Position numbers and translations under genes: made by a program. DNA of 58,306 nucleotides from a virus (lineage: Duplodnaviria > Caudoviricetes): positions 1 to 58,306 of the IMG/VR virus record IMGVR_UViG_3300005805_000003; one strand, written 5' to 3'. Numbering within the stretch: the stretch's first letter is position 1; each line of letters opens with the position of its first letter. This document shows positions 53,297-58,306 of the stretch, piece after piece. The notes below the pieces were generated by a model, which was given only the letters and a program-made list of their open reading frames with translations, had not been told where the DNA came from and did not search any database.

Positions 53297-55048
53297 CTAT
53301 AGTGGAGGCAAGCCGCGAGCGGCGCGCTCTGCGTTAATCGCACGCGGGTCTGGAGGTACGATTCTGACAGGAGCCGGTGCAGGAGTATCAGACGTTGGCG
53401 GCGGCGTTACTGGCATAATTGGTGCATTTCCAAGCTGATAAAGCCCCAGCAGCCGCGTAGCAGCAGGATCGTCTCTCAGAACATCTGAGTATTGCGCCAG
53501 TCTATTTTGATGCGATTCAATGCGATATTTTGCCGTTTTTTCAAGCGCGCCCATCAGCTCTTTTACTTCTCCCTGAGTCATGGTGCCTAGATCGCCAGCA
53601 GAGGCTCTGCGTATCAGCGCACGCTCGTTTTCAGTAATGGCACCCTGTCCACGCATAGCCTGTGCAGCAAGCAGCTCAAATTCTGCAAGACCCTGCATAG
53701 CAACAACTGTGTTTTGCAGCATTTCCTGACTGCTCTCTCCTCCGACTCCAAGGGATTGACCAAGTCGAGAAACAAACATCGCAGACTGGCTCAGAGGGCC
53801 ACTAAACAGCTCTTGCTCCAGCAGCGGGCGAACATTATTTACCGTGTTGAGAGTACCAAGCGCAGCACTGGCTTGCGTGTAGGACGCATCAAGCTGATTT
53901 GCTGCGTTGGTGCTGAGGACGTCGCTCAATTTTCCGCCGCCCGTGTTGATGTTAGTCACCGGATCGCGTGAAATCTCAAACTTTTGAGACGTTTGATCAA
54001 ATTGCACAACGCCAGTAGGGTTGCCCAAAGCGGCCAGCTCCTCGGGCGTAGCCATCCTGTAACGAGCTCGATTTGCCAGCTCATTCTCCTGCTTCATCTG
54101 CTCCAGCAAAATAGCTCTCTGTTCAGCCGACAACGCCGTATTAGAGGCTATAGTCGCCTCTCTCTCAGACTGAGCCTGCTGCAGAGCAGCTAAACGAGCT
54201 CGAGTCTGGTCATCCTGCATCGCTGCTGCACGGGCACCGAGCTGACCGGGTAATGCTCTTGTGGCACCAGCAAGGCGAGCAGCGCCAGAACCGCTAAGCG
54301 GCTGCCCGTCTGGCCCAACATTGGACGCATACCCGAGAGCCGCCTGCGCGATGTCAAACAGCATCTGTGATTGATTTGAGCGGTTGTCTGCCAGTCCGAG
54401 AAGCTCTTGATACTCAGGCGTCAATTCGCGCGCACGGGCCATTGCATCAACCGGCGTCTGCCCCTGACTTGCCATAATCTCATCTATCCGCGCCGCTGCG
54501 CCACCTTGCTGAAAACGCTGGACGACTCCACCGCGAGCCATTTGCATCGGCATTTCAGCCGGTAGCGAGGCAATGCCCTCGGGCGCCATGCCCATCATCT
54601 CAGGCGGCATACCCATCATCGCAGGATCCATCGGCGGCATACCGCTCGGTGGTGTCATACCCGTCATGGCGTCCATTGGCAGAGCGCCTACATCTGCGCC
54701 GCCCATTGGCAGCGCGGCAATGCCCTGCTGAGCAAAGATCGGCTGAAGCATTGCCAGCACTTCGTCTGGGGTCTGCTGAGCGGCGTTGTAACCAACGCGG
54801 TCGGCCAGTTCTTCTCTGCGGGCATCGATTGATCGATAGTCACCGCGTAGGTTGTTCATCAGGACTTCAGGCGAGTTTGGGCGCCGGTCAAGGATTCGCG
54901 CCATGTCGGCGTCATCGCCCTCTTCGACCTGACCCTCTTTCTCGATCTCTTCCATCAGGTCTTCGATGTCGTCCAGAAACCCGGACATGATGCCGACGTT
55001 TTCAATCTCGTCGTCATCGACCATCTGCATTTTCTCTTTTGCCATCAT
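53297..55048 (-). CDS. Putative ejection protein, 583 aa
   Basis: Acidic N-terminus, Met/Pro linker, MARGG/FQQGG, helical body with G.IT..ER; start at 55048 from RBS AAGGTG. Confidence 0.55.
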   Translation of the reverse strand: MMAKEKMQMVDDDEIENVGIMSGFLDDIEDLMEEIEKEGQVEEGDDADMARILDRRPNSPEVLMNNLRGDYRSIDARREELADRVGYNAAQQTPDEVLAMLQPIFAQQGIAALPMGGADVGALPMDAMTGMTPPSGMPPMDPAMMGMPPEMMGMAPEGIASLPAEMPMQMARGGVVQRFQQGGAAARIDEIMASQGQTPVDAMARARELTPEYQELLGLADNRSNQSQMLFDIAQAALGYASNVGPDGQPLSGSGAARLAGATRALPGQLGARAAAMQDDQTRARLAALQQAQSEREATIASNTALSAEQRAILLEQMKQENELANRARYRMATPEELAALGNPTGVVQFDQTSQKFEISRDPVTNINTGGGKLSDVLSTNAANQLDASYTQASAALGTLNTVNNVRPLLEQELFSGPLSQSAMFVSRLGQSLGVGGESSQEMLQNTVVAMQGLAEFELLAAQAMRGQGAITENERALIRRASAGDLGTMTQGEVKELMGALEKTAKYRIESHQNRLAQYSDVLRDDPAATRLLGLYQLGNAPIMPVTPPPTSDTPAPAPVRIVPPDPRAINAERAARGLPPL

Positions 55049-55055
55049 ATTCACC

Positions 55056-56183
55056 TTAGAGGAGTCCTGCTTTTTGCGCCGCGCCTGCGCTCGACAGAGC
55101 ACCTACGCCAAGGCCAACAGCTGTCTGCAGTGGGCTGGCGGACGGAGCGGTCTGCGATGTCATTGTCATCTGCGTAGACGGTGCGCCACGGTAGATGTCG
55201 CTCAGGAAGCCGAGCCGCTGATACGGGTCCATGACCTCTTGCATCTGCGTCTGACGCATCGCGTCGATCTGTGCCTGCGCGTTCTGGCGCTCGAGCAGAC
55301 CTACGCTGCCGAGCAGTCCCACATCGGCTGCGCCAAGCTGCTGAGTAGCCTCGCCCATCGCGCCCATCTGTGTACCCAGTGCGCCCATCTGTGTGCCAAG
55401 ACCGCCCAGTGCCTGCGCCTTGCTAAGATCAATGCCTGCCTGCTGCGCGGTGAGTGCTCCGATGCCCTGACCCAGCTGGCCGTACTGCATGGCCGCCTGA
55501 CCCAGTGCCTGAGATCCTGCCAACTGACGCCCCTGCTGACTTTCAAAGCCCTGCATTGCAGCCTGCTGCGCCTGCATGTAGTTCTGAGCGTAGTCCTGCA
55601 TAATGCGCTGCTGCATCTGATCTTGGACGTTGCGCTCAAACTCAGCGCGCTGCACACCCTCACGGGTGCCGCCAAACGCACCTGCGCCGACCGCTTGTGC
55701 TGCCTGCCCCTGTCTGGCAATGTCAGCCTGCCGGCGCATTTCGCCCAACGCCTGCTGCGTTACTTCCTGCTGGTAGGGGTTCATGTAATTGACGGCAGCA
55801 TTTGGGTCATACGTTCGAGCAGAGCCTAAAATACCGCCGATACCCTGACCGAGCACGGGCATGGCGCGGCCAAGCACGTTCTGCGCCTCCTGAAACTGAG
55901 GTGCGGTTTGGACGCCGCCCGCTGCCACAGCGCCGCGCTGGGTGAGATCCATGCCCTGTGTGATGGCCTGCGATCCGCCTTGGATGAACGGCTCAAACGA
56001 TCCAATGCCCTGACGCGCCAGATCCATCGCCTGCTGTTCGCCAATGGACAGACCCGCCGCCTCGATGGCCGGCATGGACATGGGCTCCCCGTACAGACGC
56101 TTTGCTTCGTCCATCAGTCCTATTTTACGGGCTTCAATATTCGGCGCTTCGCGCTGATATAGGGTTTCGTAAGCACTAGCCAT
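55056..56183 (-). CDS. Putative ejection/pilot protein, Gln-rich
   Basis: YMNPY...V, GAFGG.R, Q/A/G-rich helices, hydrophobic C-terminus. Confidence 0.6.
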   Translation of the reverse strand: MASAYETLYQREAPNIEARKIGLMDEAKRLYGEPMSMPAIEAAGLSIGEQQAMDLARQGIGSFEPFIQGGSQAITQGMDLTQRGAVAAGGVQTAPQFQEAQNVLGRAMPVLGQGIGGILGSARTYDPNAAVNYMNPYQQEVTQQALGEMRRQADIARQGQAAQAVGAGAFGGTREGVQRAEFERNVQDQMQQRIMQDYAQNYMQAQQAAMQGFESQQGRQLAGSQALGQAAMQYGQLGQGIGALTAQQAGIDLSKAQALGGLGTQMGALGTQMGAMGEATQQLGAADVGLLGSVGLLERQNAQAQIDAMRQTQMQEVMDPYQRLGFLSDIYRGAPSTQMTMTSQTAPSASPLQTAVGLGVGALSSAGAAQKAGLL

Positions 56184-58227
56184 TGTTGCGACCCTCCAAC
56201 TTTCTCATTAGGGCGTACATTTTTTTCGCTCCTGCTCGTCGAGAGCCGTTGCCCATGCCGCGCACGGCCTTGGCAGTAAAAACAAATTCGCCGTCCGAGA
56301 GCATCGCGGGGATGTCATCCGATGTTCCGGTGCCCGGACCGTTAATCGCCCCGTTTTTACGCGGAAACTCCTTGTCCATGCTGCCGCCATCGGCAGCAGT
56401 GCGCACAGGCGGTGGAGTGAAGGTGTAGGGGTTGTACCGTGGGCTCATGGCCGTTGTAAACACGCCACCGTAATTCAGGCCGTACTTCTGTGGGTTTTCT
56501 GCCAACAGCTTCTCTCCGGCACCGATACCGCCCATGTCCTCAAAGCCCTCGGGTGGAGCGATCTCCTCTTCGTCAAACCCGCCAGACAGTGCCATGATGC
56601 CGAGGCCGGTTGCGGCGAGGGGGGCGTATTGGCGAAACACGCCGGGGGTGTTTGATGCAATGGCCGCAGCTCTTGCCTCGTTAGCCTTGGTGATTGCCGT
56701 GGTATATGCATCAGTCCCCTGAACAAGACGGTTTCCGCCATATTGCGCAAAAGTGTCTTCAAAAGCTTTTTCCCCAGCGGCTTGTGCAGTAGCGTCAAAC
56801 CTACCCGGCGACAGCTTGGCGAGACCTTTTTGGAAGATGTTTTTATCGGCGCCGGTTGATACATCAGCGCGCATCGACTCGGGAAGAGTTAAAGACTCAG
56901 TAGTATATGGCTTACCAATATTAAAGCCTGACTGCCCCTGTGACGGTGCGCCAGCTCTCCCTATGTTTAGAGTGCCACCACTTGTAGGCGGCACCACTGA
57001 AAACGCTCTAGGCGCCGAAACTCGCGAAGCCTGTGCCAAAGTATCCTGTATTCCCTCAGCTCCAGTGAGCTTTGGGGAAAAATTGACTGCTGTTGGGCCT
57101 GTTGCAACGGGCAAGCTACCAATCCCGCCGGGTGGAATGTCCACAGCAGATCGCATGGGGCTTATTGACTGCAACGGCAAAGCGTCTCCCCTTGGAACAG
57201 GAGGCTGCGTTACTTGCAGGGGCTGCGGGGCTATCTCAGGAGCTACTGCCTCAGCCGGTGCCCCGGTCAGGAAGCTCCTTGCCTGATCAAACTGCCCGCC
57301 GACGGTAGTAGGTCCGGTGTAGCTGCCGGCCTGAAACGCCTGCGCTCCGCCCATGAGACCCGCGCCAGCACCTGCAGTTATGCCGCCAAGTGCACCTGCG
57401 CGAAGGGACTCTTTCAGGTTTCCACCACCCAACGCAGTTGAGCCTGCTGATCCTACAAAGCCGGAAACCGCAGCGACGCCAGCAACAGAGCTTACGCCCA
57501 TCGCAGCGGCAGCGGCTGGTCCTAAAAAGAACGCTAGAGCCATCGTGGTTACAATTTTGCCTACGCTGGACGATGCGAACTTCTTAACCGCCCGACCGAC
57601 CTTTTTAAGCGCGTTTTTAGCACTCTTGAAGATCTTCTTGATGAAGAACTCCGGCATACCTGTCATGGGGTTAATCGTACCACTGCCGCCCATCTGCTTG
57701 AGCATCTGGATCTCACGCGGGGAAACGTGCGCCAGCGTCGTGTCACCGTAGCGACCCTGCTTGGCGATGGCGTCAGCCAGCGGGTTCAGCGATGCGATAC
57801 CGCCCTGAGCAAAGCCCATCGGCGGTCGCGCCATGCTTGTCATGCCCCGCAGCTCATCAAGGGCGATGTTCAACGCACCGAAGAACTCCGGGTCAAATAC
57901 TGGGGGCAGCAGGTCTTCAGGGATATCCTGTGCAAGATACTTTTCGCGTATCTGCGCGTATTGATCTGGTGAGGCTAAGACCTCGTCAACGAGCTGATTC
58001 AGCACGTCCATCACTTCCGGTGGGAGATTCAGTCCCTGCAGCTCTGCTTTAAACTCAGCAACGGCAACGGGATCTGCTTCCCCTGCACTCGCAAGCAGGT
58101 CGGCTGAAAACTCAGACGGAGGAATTTCTTGACGCATTTGCTCGAAAACCGCAAGGTTCTCTGGCGTCATCTGTTGATCAGCGGGAGCCATTTGGGGGGC
58201 GCCCATGCCCGGCATAGCATTTACCAT
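56176..58227 (-). CDS. Putative internal virion/ejection protein, 683 aa
   Basis: FAQGG; GRYGDT.LAH....E...L...GGSGTINP.TG.PEF; TM-like Gly/Ala stretch; GPGTGTSDDIPAMLSDGEFV. Confidence 0.6.
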   Translation of the reverse strand: MVNAMPGMGAPQMAPADQQMTPENLAVFEQMRQEIPPSEFSADLLASAGEADPVAVAEFKAELQGLNLPPEVMDVLNQLVDEVLASPDQYAQIREKYLAQDIPEDLLPPVFDPEFFGALNIALDELRGMTSMARPPMGFAQGGIASLNPLADAIAKQGRYGDTTLAHVSPREIQMLKQMGGSGTINPMTGMPEFFIKKIFKSAKNALKKVGRAVKKFASSSVGKIVTTMALAFFLGPAAAAAMGVSSVAGVAAVSGFVGSAGSTALGGGNLKESLRAGALGGITAGAGAGLMGGAQAFQAGSYTGPTTVGGQFDQARSFLTGAPAEAVAPEIAPQPLQVTQPPVPRGDALPLQSISPMRSAVDIPPGGIGSLPVATGPTAVNFSPKLTGAEGIQDTLAQASRVSAPRAFSVVPPTSGGTLNIGRAGAPSQGQSGFNIGKPYTTESLTLPESMRADVSTGADKNIFQKGLAKLSPGRFDATAQAAGEKAFEDTFAQYGGNRLVQGTDAYTTAITKANEARAAAIASNTPGVFRQYAPLAATGLGIMALSGGFDEEEIAPPEGFEDMGGIGAGEKLLAENPQKYGLNYGGVFTTAMSPRYNPYTFTPPPVRTAADGGSMDKEFPRKNGAINGPGTGTSDDIPAMLSDGEFVFTAKAVRGMGNGSRRAGAKKMYALMRKLEGRNNG

Positions 58228-58306
58228 GTCTTTTTCCTTTGGAAGTTAAAAGCCACACGGGGCTGCGCGCCGGGTAAGGTCGCGAGAATACTTAAAATTA
58301 TCAACG
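58208..58306. repeat. Terminal overlap copy 2
   Basis: Identical to 1-99. Confidence 0.97.

Noticed and set aside
56176-58227. True tape measure protein / long-tailed morphology
   Set aside because: No tail tube, sheath, tail chaperone or baseplate genes recognised; the nozzle, adaptor and ejection set indicates a short tail
1-58306. Integrase/att site, tRNAs, introns, inteins or stop-codon recoding
   Set aside because: None seen by eye; core genes are uninterrupted and of normal length under the standard code, though a tRNA or Rfam scan was not possible

Overview
The window is a complete, circularly closed genome (about 58,207 bp) of a tailed dsDNA phage. Bases 1-99 are identical to 58208-58306, most likely an assembler k-mer overlap. 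A single minus-strand late arm of about 41.5 kb runs from 34196 down to 1 and wraps from 58227 to 50846. It encodes TerL, a 1504-aa multidomain protein, portal, a GroES-like co-chaperonin, scaffold, major capsid, adaptors, tail and receptor-binding proteins, lysis genes and four probable ejection proteins. Gene order resembles short-tailed HTVC010P-type aquatic phages (from recall, not a search). The tail region holds three RCC1-repeat proteins and a cassette of APS-kinase-like, DUF2061, GT32, GT25 and sulfotransferase-TPR-GT9 genes. Replication genes are a TOPRIM/RepA primase-helicase with an adjacent iteron-like origin, a Sak4-like ATPase, DUF669 SSB, a Cas4-like nuclease, an SF2 helicase and VRR-NUC. 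They are followed by a displaced TerS and many small early genes. I saw no integrase, DNA or RNA polymerase, tRNA or CRISPR array. The best leads are a shared [M/F/I/A]-x-x-G-G motif in predicted internal virion proteins, the sulfation/glycosylation cassette beside the RCC1 proteins, a polyvalent protein with glycosylase-like and SAM-lyase-like segments, and several candidate RNA regulatory elements. All family assignments come from motifs read by eye; no searches were run.
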